This document shows, piece after piece, positions 26,878 to 38,397 of a stretch of DNA of 40,189 bases. This stretch comes from Octopus bimaculoides (lineage: Eukaryota): assembly GCF_001194135.2 (NCBI RefSeq), contig NC_068982.1, positions 110,384,211 to 110,424,399 of the forward strand. The letters run 5' to 3'. The notes under the pieces are model-generated. The model saw only the letters and a list, made by a program, of their open reading frames with translations, was not told where the DNA came from and searched no databases. The position numbers were made by a program, and so were the translations under genes. Numbering within the stretch: position 1 is the stretch's first letter; each line of letters starts with the position of its first letter.

Positions 26878-27490
26878 CCATCATCAATTAACTTCCATTT
26901 TCCATGCTGGCATGGGTTGGACAGTTTGACAGGAACTAGCCAGCAAGGATTTGTCCAGACTTCAATTGTCTGTTATGGCATGGTTTCTACAGTTGGATGC
27001 CTTTCCTAATGCCAACCACTTTACAGTGTGCTGGGTGCTTTTTACATGCCACCAGCATGGCTGCATTTACGCAGTACCAGGACAAGTGCATTTTATGTAG
27101 CACCAGCACCTGTAAAAGACATGCCTGTATGAATGGATAACAGTGATTTTACTTAGCTGGACGCATCCCCTCAAGTACAGCAAATCACCACAATTTCTGG
27201 TCCCTTGTCATTTCCTCAGTGAGACCCAGCATCCAAAAATCTTTTCTCATCACTTCATCCCATATCTTCTTGGATTTACCCCTTCACAGGTTCCTTCTAC
27301 AATTAGAGCTTGGTACTTCTTTATGCAGCTGTCCTCATCTGTATGCATCACATAACCAAATCATTTAAAAGCCATCTTCCATGCAGACACTGGACTCTAA
27401 GGCTGGATGACATTCGCAATACCAATAATTTTGTAGAGGATACTAGGTTCTTTGTTCATGACACCCATACTGTTGAGGCCACCATACACC
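26878..27490 (-). mobile_element. 5'-truncated RTE LINE, decayed
   Basis: Minus strand GYVMHTDEDSCIKKYQAL.VEGT...G..KKIWDEV remnants plus shared 3' tail. Confidence 0.8.
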
Positions 27491-27744
27491 TTGGAAAACT
27501 ATGATCCTCTTTGGCTGTATGGAGCTACAGTAGAGAGGAAAGCAACTTTATACTAAGAAACGAGAGGTTAAATTATGAAAGAGGCCAGATCAGATTTCTT
27601 GCTATAGAGGAACTACATGGATACTAAAATTATAGAAGAATGATGGGAGGGGGGTGCCAAGTTGAAGATAAACTAGAGATGAAGGATCAGGGATGGACTA
27701 CAAGGTACAAGGTGGTGCTTATATATAAATATATATGACTTGTC

Positions 27745-28733
27745 TCAACCAGACTGTTGGATGTTGTTATACACTGCTGGTCACAATGCGCTCCCAATTC
27801 TTTCTTGATTGTGCCATTCTTTTCCATCCAGGCCAAAATTGTTTTAGTAAATTCTTCCCATCATAGTGGAAGCCTTCTAAGGGCTTTTTTTCCAATCTCT
27901 TGAATACGACTTGGTAACTACACAGGTCCACCAGTTGTCTGTGAACCTTGTGACATATCAGACCTAGCAGAACTTGTGCTTTCAGCATTCTACAATGACA
28001 ACACTCACTCCACTTCTTTCTAGAATCATTTCATTTTGGTTTATGTTCTCACAATGATATTCTAACCATGGACCTTTCGGTAGCCCTTTGTGTCATAACC
28101 AATCAATGTTCTTCCTTATTTGCAGCAGCTCACATTTCACTTATATAAAAGAGTGCAGGTAGAACAGTGCTATTAAAGAGACTGGCACAGTTGGTTATAT
28201 CCAGCTTTGGTTTGGGTACATCTTTTAATCAAGGGAAATGCCTTCCATTCTGCCTTAGTCTCCTCAAGATTTCAGTATCCATGTCTTGACATGTATTCAC
28301 TGTGTATCTCCTTGATTTTGTAGCTTCCCACCTCTACTTGCTCTTGTGCTTTGTTTCTGAACTGCATGTATTTATTTTCATGCAGTTCATTGTAAGGTCA
28401 ATGACTGAGCTACATGTGTCCAGCTCTGACAGTACAATCAGCAGTTGATCTGTGGTTTTGGTGGTAAGTATAATGTTACCTTTGAATAGGAATCATGTTA
28501 GTAGCTCATTGCTGATGATCACCCCACCTCTCCAGCCAAGGTTTCTGTTGATCATATCTAGACATGCAGTTAAGAGTTTTGTAGAGACAACATCTTGACA
28601 ATTCTCAATTGGATCTCTTTCAAGTGGTAATAGCACAGCTATATCAGTGGTGCATCCAGAGTTCGCATTTCTGAGCACTTCGGTATATTGTGCCTCAACT
28701 CCATGCATTTCCAGAGATGTTAGCACTGCATTC

Positions 28734-28735
<2 letters not shown>
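27745..28735 (-). mobile_element. RT remnant of a second RTE-clade LINE family
   Basis: LTSLEMHGVEAQYTEVLRNANSGCTTDI...STKLLTACLDMI.RNLGW.GGVII..ELL; C-terminal LEKKPLEG...W..MAQSRKNW. Confidence 0.8.
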
Positions 28736-28813
<78 letters not shown>

Positions 28814-28880
28814 GCACACACATGTATATACACATTGTGCCATATATATATGCATACACTCACACACATATATATGCATA
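28735..28880. repeat. (CT)n(AT)n(CA)n compound microsatellite
   Basis: Directly visible. Confidence 0.95.
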
Positions 28881-28952
28881 TACATACACACACACACACA
28901 AGTGCAAAACAAAGTGGAAAAAATTGTACTCAAACACCAAAGATAGAGTAAC

Positions 28953-29403
28953 CATCATCATTTAACGTCCATTGTCCATGCTGGCATGGGTTGGACGGTT
29001 TGACCAGGGCTGGCAAGCTGGAAGGCTGCACCAGACTCCAGTCTCTTTTGGCAAGGTTTCTACAGCAGGATGCTCTTCCTAATGCCAACCACTCCAAGAG
29101 TGTAATGGGTATTTTTACATGCCACCTGCACGGGTGCCATTTGCATGACACCAGTATCTGCCACAACTGCGATTTTACTTGGCTTGATGGATCATCTTCT
29201 CAAGCACGGCATAATGCCAAATGAACTTGGTCATTGCCTCTGTGAGGTTCAATGTTCAAAGCCCAGCATAATGCCAAACAGTCTCAGTCCTTAGCTCTGT
29301 GAAGCCCAACGCTCAAAAGGTGCTTTTACATGCCACCAGCATGGGTACCACTTGCATGACACCAGTGTCTGCCACAACTGCGATTTTACTTGGCTTGATG
29401 GAT
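28953..29403 (-). mobile_element. RTE LINE 3' end with about 80-bp duplicated module
   Basis: ttttacatgccacc...ctgccacaactgcgattttacttggcttgatggatc at about 29113-29192 and 29323-29403. Confidence 0.85.
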
Positions 29404-29510
29404 CTTAAACTGCTACTCAGAGTTTCATGTGAGCGTTCATGTGAGTTTCATGTGAGTTTCATGTGAGCATATACTATTTTTAATAAAATAGTATATGCTC
29501 ATGTGTGTGT

Positions 29511-29546
<36 letters not shown>

Positions 29547-29547
<1 letters not shown>

Positions 29548-30187
29548 GTCAGGCCACTTGTGAGGTCTCTTATGAGTGTTATTTGTAACACTGAATCCAG
29601 TACAAGCAGCACCCCCACTAGGTTTGCTAGAAACCCAACAGAACTAAAAACAAGAGCTGTCAAAAGGATGGATGAACCTAGTGTAGATTGAAGAACTGTC
29701 TAGCAGTAGCATAGATCCTCAGAAATTCTGGTATGGGATCCAGCATGCTGGTAGACTACTGGGAGTGAGGCGCCCCACAGCTTTTGCTAAAGCAGGTCTT
29801 TAGGAGGTCAGATATAAAACCTGATGTGCAGGGAATGGCACTGAAAATTTTAGAGATCTTTTGTGTGCACTTGAGATCATAGCACTCCCACATTCCTGAA
29901 CCTGTAACCTATATTGGCACTGGATATCTTACCTTGGCTTGTGTCTGAATCAAGTCAGTAGGGTGGAGAGGGTCCATAAGGTGCTGTACAAGCCTTATTG
30001 GACCTAGAATTTTAGGCTATGCATTTACAAGCAAGGTGATTATTTGATGCCCAGCGAGCATGGAAGATGCAGACACAAACCCAGGTGAAGCCAACTGTTG
30101 GTGCAATAACTACAGGCACAAACATTACTGGTATTTTGCATGGGTAATGGTCAGTGGTGGTTTTCCCCAGTCACAAGTGGCCAGACA
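29547..30187. mobile_element. Unclassified 641-bp element with 17-bp TG...CA terminal inverted repeats
   Basis: TGTCAGGCCACTTGTGA (29547-29563) versus TCACAAGTGGCCAGACA (30171-30187), 16/17 match; interior more GC-rich than flanks; no TSD found. Confidence 0.6.
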
Positions 30188-30199
30188 TCATCGTCATAT

Positions 30200-30453
30200 A
30201 TATGGTATCAAGTAAAAAGCACTCATGCTGGCACTAAGTAAAAAATGCTCCCATACTGGCACCATGTAAAAAGCTCTTGTGCTGGTGCCACATAAAAAGC
30301 ACCCAGTACACTTTGTAAAGTGTACTGGGTGCATCCAGCCAGGAAAACTATACCAAAACAGGCAATTGGAGCCTGGTGCAGCTCTGCAGCTTGCAAGCTC
30401 CTTGTCAAACTGTTCAACCCATGGTAGCATGGAAAACAGATGTTAAATGATGA

Positions 30454-30456
<3 letters not shown>
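30200..30456 (+). mobile_element. RTE LINE 3' end fragment
   Basis: aaaaagcactcatgctggcac repeats, gtcaaactgttcaacccatggtagcatggaaaacagatgttaaatgatgatg. Confidence 0.7.
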
Positions 30457-30499
<43 letters not shown>

Positions 30500-30953
30500 N
30501 NNNNNNNNNTTATATACATGTATGTATATGTCTATGTGTGTGTGTGTGTGTGTATTTATAAATCAATGCGAACTGATTTGTGAATATAAAACTGTATTGC
30601 CTAATACATAGCATACATATTAATGCAAACAATTTCATTCCACACTAAATTGTGTGTGTAGGTATATGCATCTGTATTAACAGCAGTGTTAATTTGTGTG
30701 AGTAGTACATTTGTAGCCATATATACTTGCACAAGGTATATATGTGTATCTATGTATACTTTATGAGTGTGTGCATGTACACATGTATGTATGCATTGAT
30801 TTGTGAACATACAATAATATTGCATAATGCATAGCATGTATACTAATGCAAACATGTAAACAATTTTTTCCACACTATATCATACACTGTGTGTGTGTGT
30901 GTTTCAGTGGAGTTTACTCATATTCAAGTAGATCTATAGTCATATATACGTGG

Positions 30954-31136
30954 GTGTGTGTACATATACACATACAGATCCATATGTACATACATATACC
31001 TTTAAATATGCAAACCTATATATATATAGGTTTGCATATTTAAAGGTATATACATGTATGTATATATGGATCTGTATGTGTATATATACACACACACACA
31101 TATATATATACATATATAGACCTTTAAATATGCAAA

Positions 31137-31177
<41 letters not shown>

Positions 31178-31692
31178 NNNNNNNNNNNNNNNNNNNNNNN
31201 NNNNNNNNNNNNNNNNNNNNNNNNNNNNNNNNNNNNNNNNNNNNNNNNNNNNNNNNNNNNNNNNNNNNNNNNNNNNNNNNNNNNNNNNNNNNNNNNNNNN
31301 NNNNNNNNNNNNNNNNNNNNNNNNNNNNNNNNNNNNNNNNNNNNNNNNNNNNNNNNNNNNNNNNNNNNNNNNNNNNNNNNNNNNNNNNNNNNNNNNNNNN
31401 NNNNNNNNNNNNNNNNNNNNNNNNNNNNNNNNNNNNNNNNNNNNNNNNNNNNNNNNNNNNNNNNNNNNNNNNNNNNNNNNNNNNNNNNNNNNNNNNNNNN
31501 NNNNNNNNNNNNNNNNNNNNNNNNNNNNNNNNNNNNNNNNNNNNNNNNNNNNNNNNNNNNNNNNNNNNNNNNNNNNNNNNNNNNNNNNNNNNNNNNNNNN
31601 NNNNNNNNNNNNNNNNNNNNNNNNNNNNNNNNNNNNNNNNNNNNNNNNNNNNCAAACCTATATATATAAATATATACCTTTAAATATGCAAA

Positions 31693-31700
<8 letters not shown>
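30954..31700. repeat. Palindromic minisatellite (cctttaaatatgcaaacc(ta)n in both orientations) spanning a gap
   Basis: Perfect 58-bp palindrome at 30994-31051; further unit copies at 31121 and 31677. Confidence 0.85.
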
Positions 31701-31729
<29 letters not shown>

Positions 31730-31765
31730 CGTATACATAGATGTATATACATATATGCACATATC

Positions 31766-31950
31766 ATCATCACTTAATGTCCAGTTTCCATGCTGGCATG
31801 GGTAGGATGATTTGACAGAGAACTACTGAACTGCATCAAGCTCCAATGTCATCTTTCAGTTTTGACATAGTTTCTAAGGCCGGATGTCATCCATAATGCC
31901 AACCACTTAACAGAGTGTTCTGGGTGCTTTTTTTATGCCACTGGCACTAG
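31766..31950 (-). mobile_element. RTE LINE 3' end fragment
   Basis: catcatcacttaatgtccagtttccatgctggcatggg...aatgccaaccact. Confidence 0.7.
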
Positions 31951-32244
31951 TGAGGTTGCAAGGTAACATGCAAGACAGAAAAGAACAGAGAAAGAAAGGG
32001 AAGAAAACACTCCCTCTGCTAAGAAGTATTTGGGAGAGAAAGGTGGAAATGAGTGGCTGTATACCAGCTGTCAAAAGGCTAAAGTATGAGAGCAGGACAC
32101 ACATAGGTGTCTTGCAATAGAGAAGATATATGGCTGAAGGGGATAAGAGGAAGATAATGATGGGGTGCTAGAGTAACCTCTCAAGGAACCAGTAGACACA
32201 CACACACACACACACGTATATATATGAGTGTGTATGTATAAATA

Positions 32245-32615
32245 CATGTGGCAGTGTGGTAGCAAGTTTGTTTGCGACTGTGAGTGTGTGTCTTGACATT
32301 GAATGATAGTTGTAAATGAGTGTTACTCTCATACAAGCAGTGTTATTTCCAATATTCTGCAAGAACATGTCTGGCTTGTAGAAATATTACCTTACTTGGA
32401 AACTGGTGAAGGTTAGCAACAGGAAGAGCATCCGTCTGCAGAAAGTCTGCCTCAAAATCCATCCAAAAGTGGATGTGTCCAGTCTGCTCGGTGGTTGGTG
32501 CTAGGAAGGGCATCCAGCCGTAAAAGCCCTGCCAAAACAGACACAGAAGTCTGGTCCAGACCCCTGTCAAACTGTCCAACTCATGTCAGCATGGAAGGCA
32601 GACATTAAATGATGA
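32245..32615 (+). mobile_element. SINE body/tail joined to an RTE 3' end
   Basis: ttgacattgaatgatagttgtaaatgag...ggttagcaacaggaagagcatcc, then ggaagggcatccagccgtaaaa...cattaaatgatg. Confidence 0.6.
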
Positions 32616-32643
32616 TATATAATACATATATATATAGAGAGAG

Positions 32644-33915
32644 AGTTGTCAGATAAATTCATTTGTTTCTTCCCACTGTTATTTGAATTAACATTCAAAA
32701 TATTTTCATCGTAGTGTCTTATGTAGTTTTTGTTGTAGTTCCATTATTCCTCTGCCACTTTTGTTTATCGTTTTATGAAGTCTGAATAAATTTTACCTCT
32801 CTTCAAATAAAGGACAATTGAGTGCAAGGTAGAAGAAACAAGCATTTTTGACACTTTTCGTTGTTTTCAGTCAAGGTTCCAAAGCTACCAAACCCACTCA
32901 AGACATTTGTGTTGTGTATGAAGACGCTATTGCTGAAAGAACTGCACAGAAATGGTTTTCATGCTAGAAATTGGGAAATTCAACCCCACAGACTCTCTAC
33001 ATTCTGGCCAACCTGTTTAGTTCAATGCAGATTGATTGAACCAGCTCATCCTCAAGGAATGGCACCAATCCACTTAGGAATTGTCCAACAGATGAGATAC
33101 TCTCATGATATAATTGCCTGTCACCTTCCTTGATGAGTAAGGTCCAAAAGTTTGGTGCGCAAGTGCCACATTCTCTGAATGAAAGAGACAGACTCCAGTG
33201 CTCATCTATCACTACTAGTTTGCTCACTAAACACCAGGCTACTCACTGTCACAGAGAGAGATTTCTTTATTGCACTGTCACCAATGATGAAAAATGGTGT
33301 ATTTTTATCAGTAAGAAATAGAGGAAACAATAGCTGAGTCCTGACAAGCAAGCAACACCGCAGATCAAGTTGGAGCTGCATCCACACAAGATAATAATCT
33401 GTTTGAAGGGATTGGAAAGAGTTAATCCACTGTGAAATGCTTGTAAACTCCATAAACACTGTGCAGAGTTTTACGTTCAGCAAATGCAATAGTTCGATGA
33501 GGCAATCCAGACGAAACAACCAAGTCAATGATACAACAGGCTTCTTCAATACAACAATGGTTGCTGTTTGCTCTAATGTTGCTAATTTGACCAAAAATAC
33601 TATTCAAGAGGTGAGTTGGGAACTTCTACAACACACAGTATTCTCCAAATATAGCACCTTCAGATTACCACCTTTTTTAGTTGCTAACAGTCTCTAACAC
33701 ATTTCATTCAATGACGACATGGAGTGACATGGAGCTAAAAACATAGTTCAATGAATTCTTCATGCTAAGAAGTGGTGATTTCTACTATCAAAAAACATTG
33801 ACAAGCTAGTGGAATGCTGGAAAGAGTCATGAACAATATATTATTGACTGATATGCTAAAAATGTTGATGAAAATACAAATTTAAATTTTTTTAAAATAA
33901 ATTTATCAGAAAACC
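32644..33915 (+). mobile_element. Near full-length (about 1.27 kb) decayed mariner (DD34D type)
   Basis: TIR-like agttgtcagataaatt / aatttatcagaaaacc; KVQKFGAQVPHSLNE, VTNDEKW, YSPNIAPSDYHLF motifs; many stops. Confidence 0.9.
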
Positions 33916-34437
33916 AAGAACTAGTATATATATATATATTTATAATACACTATACATATTTTTTTTTTTTTTTTTTGTAACACGAGCATTTGAAGCTGTT
34001 GAACTTGTTCCAGTTTATAGCTTTATACTTTCTATAAGTCAGTCAAACTGGAGTCAATCTTTTTATTTTTTGCATTTGTCTCATAGCATTTCCACTTTCT
34101 TGCTATAGTGTCTCTACTTAGTTGTTCTGTCTCTTTTTTTTTTTTTTATCTCAAACAAGGGTAATTAAAACAGAGTGGGAAGGAGTGACAGTCACAGATG
34201 TAAAATGCAGGTGGAGTGTAATGAAATATTTTGCTCTGAAGTCACTGGCACTCTAATCAAAATGAAACTAAATTTTTATCGTAAATTATATCTATTTTAT
34301 CAATTTCGCACATACATACGCGCACGCACACACACACACACACATATATATGTACAAAAATATATGAAGTTAACTATTAAACTTTTGTTTTCAAAGTGTT
34401 ACGCTCATAAAATTTTATACATCGCACACGCATGCGT

Positions 34438-34473
<36 letters not shown>

Positions 34474-34599
34474 ACATTATTTTTCTTTCCTTTTAACCTG
34501 TTTTTCCATGCTTTCCCTTTCTGAAACAAACCTTCTTTCCTTTTTCCAAGTAAAGGATAACACATTCACACACACATATGTATTTGTATGCACATGTAT

Positions 34600-34702
34600 C
34601 ATCATCATCGTTTAATGTCTGCTTTCCATGCTAGCATGGGTTGGACAATTAGACTGAGGACTGGTGAACCAGATGGCTACACCAGGCTCCAATCTGATTT
34701 AG
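34600..34702 (-). mobile_element. RTE LINE extreme 3' end
   Basis: catcatcatcgtttaatgtctgctttccatgctagcatgggttggac. Confidence 0.85.
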
Positions 34703-34784
34703 ATGTATATATAAATATGCATATATATGGGTGTACATGTACATGTGTGTGTAGTGTGTATGTATGTGTACATGTGTGTGTGTG

Positions 34785-34920
34785 TCAGCATGGTAAGAAG
34801 TTTGTTTCCCTACCACATGGTTGTGGGTTCAGTCCGACTGTGTAACACCTTGTCATCTATTATGGCCCCAATGCAACTAAAGCCTTGAGTGGATTTGGTA
34901 GACAGAAAGTGAAAGAAACC
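34785..34920 (+). mobile_element. tRNA-headed SINE (23872 family)
   Basis: ggtaagaagtttg...ccacatggttgtgggttcagtcc...gtggatttggtagacagaaa. Confidence 0.7.
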
Positions 34921-35104
34921 TACCATATGTATGTGTGTACACATGTATGAGGGTAGGTAGAAATGTATGTAAATACATACATACATGTGTGTATTTTATA
35001 AGTATCTACAGATCTATATACATAGTTTGCATAGATGCAATGCATACATATATACACACACATATGCATCTGCCAGAAGTGTTGCCAGCTCACTAATTCG
35101 TATC

Positions 35105-35740
35105 TTTACTTCATTGGACACTAAAAACCCTGCTTGTGAAGACCTTTTGAGGCAAGTGAATTTGGAATTTGAAATCGAACCGAATCCGACAACTGGCACC
35201 CATGCCCACCTCTCCTTCATTGGACACTAAACTCTGCTTGCAAAAACCTGATGGGGCAAGTGAAATCGCAATTGAACCATACTCGATGACTGGCACCTGC
35301 GCCAGTAGAGCACTAACAGCACTGTCCAAGCGTGTTCATTGCCAGAGCAGCTGTCTGGATTCTATGCGAGTGGCCCGTAAATAGCACCATTTGAACATAA
35401 TCGTTACCAGGGTTGCCTTCTAGCACTTGTGCTGGTGGCACGTTAGAAAATCAATCAAGCGAGGTCGTTGCCAGTGCCACTGGACTAGCTCCCGTGCAGG
35501 TGGCATGTAAAAAACACCTTTTTGAGCGTGGCCGTTGCCAGTACCATGTGACTGGCCTTCGTGCCGGTAGCACATAAAAGCACCCGCTACACTCTTGGAG
35601 TGGTTAGCATTAGGAAGGGCATCCAGCTGTAGAAACTCTGCCAGATCAGATTGGAGCAGCCTTCTGGCTGGCCAGTCCTCAGTCAAATCGTCCAACCCAT
35701 GCTAGCATGGAAAGCGGGCATTAAACGATGATGATGATGT
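35105..35740 (+). mobile_element. RTE LINE long 3' UTR with tandem modules
   Basis: About 105-bp unit twice (cttcattggacactaaa...), then about 60-bp hairpin units, shared tail and (ATG)n. Confidence 0.85.
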
Positions 35741-35964
35741 ATATGTACATATATGTGTGCGTGCGTTTTACTGTCTCATCACCTTGACATTGGACAATGG
35801 TTGTAAACAAGTGTCCTTGTCATGCAAGAGGTGTTCTTTGTTTTCAATCTCTCAAGTAATCATGTTTGGGTATAGTGAAATATTACCTTACTTGGAAAGA
35901 GGTAAGGGTCAGCAATGGGAAAGGCATCCAGCTCTATGAAATTTGTCTGATCCTTGTGAGCAAA

Positions 35965-36996
35965 CAGAAGTGGATGCTTCACAAATCACAAATCCCTTCA
36001 GGTAGATGGCTCTGCTCAATCTGTAGAAAAGGTGTGGTTAGGCAGAAACTCCATAAGATGCACCTAGTGTAAGCTTTGGACACATGAAAGGTGCAGCAAT
36101 ATCAGAGGAAGGTTAACAAGGAACCTAACTTTTGTAAAGGTACAATAAACGCTGAAAATACACAGAAAATAGACTCCATCAACTGGCAAGGGGGCAAGCT
36201 AGATGTAGTAGATAGTTTCTGTTATCTTGGTAACCAATTTAATAGTGGAGGTGGATGCTCCAAGAGAGTAGCTGTGAGAATAAGATTACGCTGGACAAAG
36301 TTCAGAGAGTTCCTACCCCTGCTGACAACAAAGAGCCTTTCTCTCAGGGTGAAAGGCAGATTGTTTGATGCCTGTGTGTGAATAGCTATGCTGCATGGCA
36401 GTGAAATATGGGCTATAACAGCCAAGGACATGCATAGCCAGTATGCTTCGCTGGATGTGCAATGTCAGTGTGCATGTTCAATAAGTGTAAGCATCTTGAG
36501 AGAAAAGTTTGTCATAAGAGGAATCAGATGCGGTGTGCAAGAAAGACAACTGCACTGGTATGATCATGTGATGTGTATGGACAAGGGCAGCTGTGTGAAG
36601 AAGTGCCAATTTTTAACTGGCTGGGTTTCTTTCAAGTATTGGGCCTCACAGAGGCGAGGTGGCCGAGTTCCTTGCAAGCGTTGGGCCTCACGGTGCAAAG
36701 TGGCCAAGTTCCTTTCGAGTGTTGGGCCTCACAGAGGCAATGACCAAGACCTTTGGCATTATGTTGTACTTGAAAAGAAGACCCATCAAGCTGAGCCATG
36801 GCAAACACACCCCGGTGTCATGCCAGTGGCACATAAAAGCACCCTTTACACTCTCAGAGTGGCTGGTGTTAGGAAGGACATCCAGTCGTAGAAAATCATG
36901 CCAAATCAGACTGGAGTCTGGTGCAAGCCTTCCAGCCCAGTCAAACTGTCCAACCCATGCCAGCATGGACAACGGACATTAAATGATGATAATGAC
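35965..36996 (+). mobile_element. 5'-truncated RTE LINE (zinc-finger insert, RT thumb, 3' UTR)
   Basis: WLCSICRKGV, LDVVDSFCYLG, RIRLRWTKFREFLPLL, KGRLFDACV, MLHGSEIW, RQLHWYDHV; ends in the shared tail attaaatgatgat. Confidence 0.9.
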
Positions 36997-37066
36997 AATA
37001 TTTTTAACCAAGACATTACAACTGTATCAGTTCAAGTGCTTCAATTCTGTATATATATATATATAT

Positions 37067-37620
37067 ATCATCATCGTCGTCGTCGTTTAACATCCACTTT
37101 CCATTGCTAACATTTATCAATGGTTTTTCCCATTGTTTTGATGATTCGGGCTTGCTAGTATATATATATATATATATATATATATACGTATGCATAAACA
37201 CATTATATACATAACCACATATGCATATATATCTACAACTATATACAAATACGAACACTATATACACATACCATCATTTTAACATACATTTTTCCATGCT
37301 TACATGTGTGAGACAGTTTACTGCAGGTTTTCTACAACTGGATGGCCTTTCTGTCACCATGATATATACATACAAATATCATCAACATTGTTTAATGCCC
37401 ATTCTTCATGCTGGCATGATTTGAACAGTTTGACAGGAGCCAATGAGCTAGAGGATTGCATCAAGCACCAATGTCTGATTTGACATGATTTCTGTGACTG
37501 GATACCCTTCCTAATTCCAATCACTTCATAGAATGTACTGAGAGCCATTTATATGGCAGCAGCAGTAGTGAGGTAACCAAGTATCTAGCAAGGCATGACC
37601 CCTCAAATGAGGTGGGCGTA
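37067..37620 (-). mobile_element. Three short RTE 3'-end fragments (about 37067-37110, 37272-37350, 37378-37620) embedded in TA microsatellites
   Basis: Each begins with a (CAT)n/tttaac-type tail followed by ttccatgc-like sequence. Confidence 0.7.
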
Positions 37621-38178
37621 TATTGCTGGAAGTGATTTAATGCTAAGCGATGAGAGGTTAAAATATGATAGACAAAAACAAGTGTTTTGCAGTAGAAGAA
37701 ATACAAAGCTACATAAGTGGTGAAGAGGATATCTCTTCAAGTTACAGGAAGGTGAATATATACATACATTCATGCATACACATGTATATACACGCATACA
37801 TATATACATGCATATCATATATATTCATGTGTACATACATCTATATACATATGCAAATATATAAGTATACATAGATGTGTGTGTGTATATATATATATAT
37901 ACACACAAATACATATACATGCACACACATCTATATAAATAAATCTGTAATGGTGTCTGTCTGTGTGTGCGCGTGTTTGGAGTTACTCTAACTCCTCCTA
38001 CACCGTCCAACTGATTTTAATGATTCTTGGCACATAGGGAGATCACATGCCCTGAAATTCAAATAAGGCCAGAATTTTTCTAAAACTCAATAATGCTTAC
38101 AGTTCTATATTTAAGAGATGAGTAATTATTTACATTATTTACATTTGACGGATATTCGTCCTCATCTTGTTTGTTGTT

Positions 38179-38224
38179 AACACAACGTTTCGGCTGATAT
38201 ACCCTCCAGCCTTCGTCAGATGTC
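38179..38224 (-). ncRNA. Minimal type-I hammerhead ribozyme motif
   Basis: GACAU CUGACGA A GGCUG gagggUAUAU CAGCC GAA ACGU U GUGUU: intact core, 5-bp stems I and II, palindromic stem III. Confidence 0.75.
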
Positions 38225-38284
38225 TTGGGGAAATTTCGAACCTGGGTTCTCATTCCTATCGATGTTACTATTATTATTATTATA

Positions 38285-38315
<31 letters not shown>

Positions 38316-38324
38316 TATTAATCA

Positions 38325-38397
38325 GGTCGCTGCCTTGAATCAAACTCGGAACCTTGGGGTTAGTAGCCCACGCTCTTAACCACTACGCCATATGCCC
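38325..38397 (-). promoter_or_regulatory. tRNA-like RNA polymerase III internal promoter inside the Penelope terminal region
   Basis: GGGCATA TGGCGTAGTGG (A box, 38380-38390) ... GTTTGATTC (B box with 1 mismatch, 38337-38345); acceptor stem does not close, so not a tRNA gene. Confidence 0.7.

Noticed and set aside
30066-30095. 2A-like EDADTNPG peptide
   Set aside because: Lacks the D(V/I)ExNPGP consensus and sits in no sustained ORF
34158-34255. Plus-strand VIKTEWEGVTVTDVKCR after a long T tract
   Set aside because: Weak donor (gtggag), isolated, no recognisable homology
38325-38397. Functional tRNA-Ser(ACT) gene
   Set aside because: Acceptor stem does not pair and the B box is imperfect; treated as a tRNA-derived promoter
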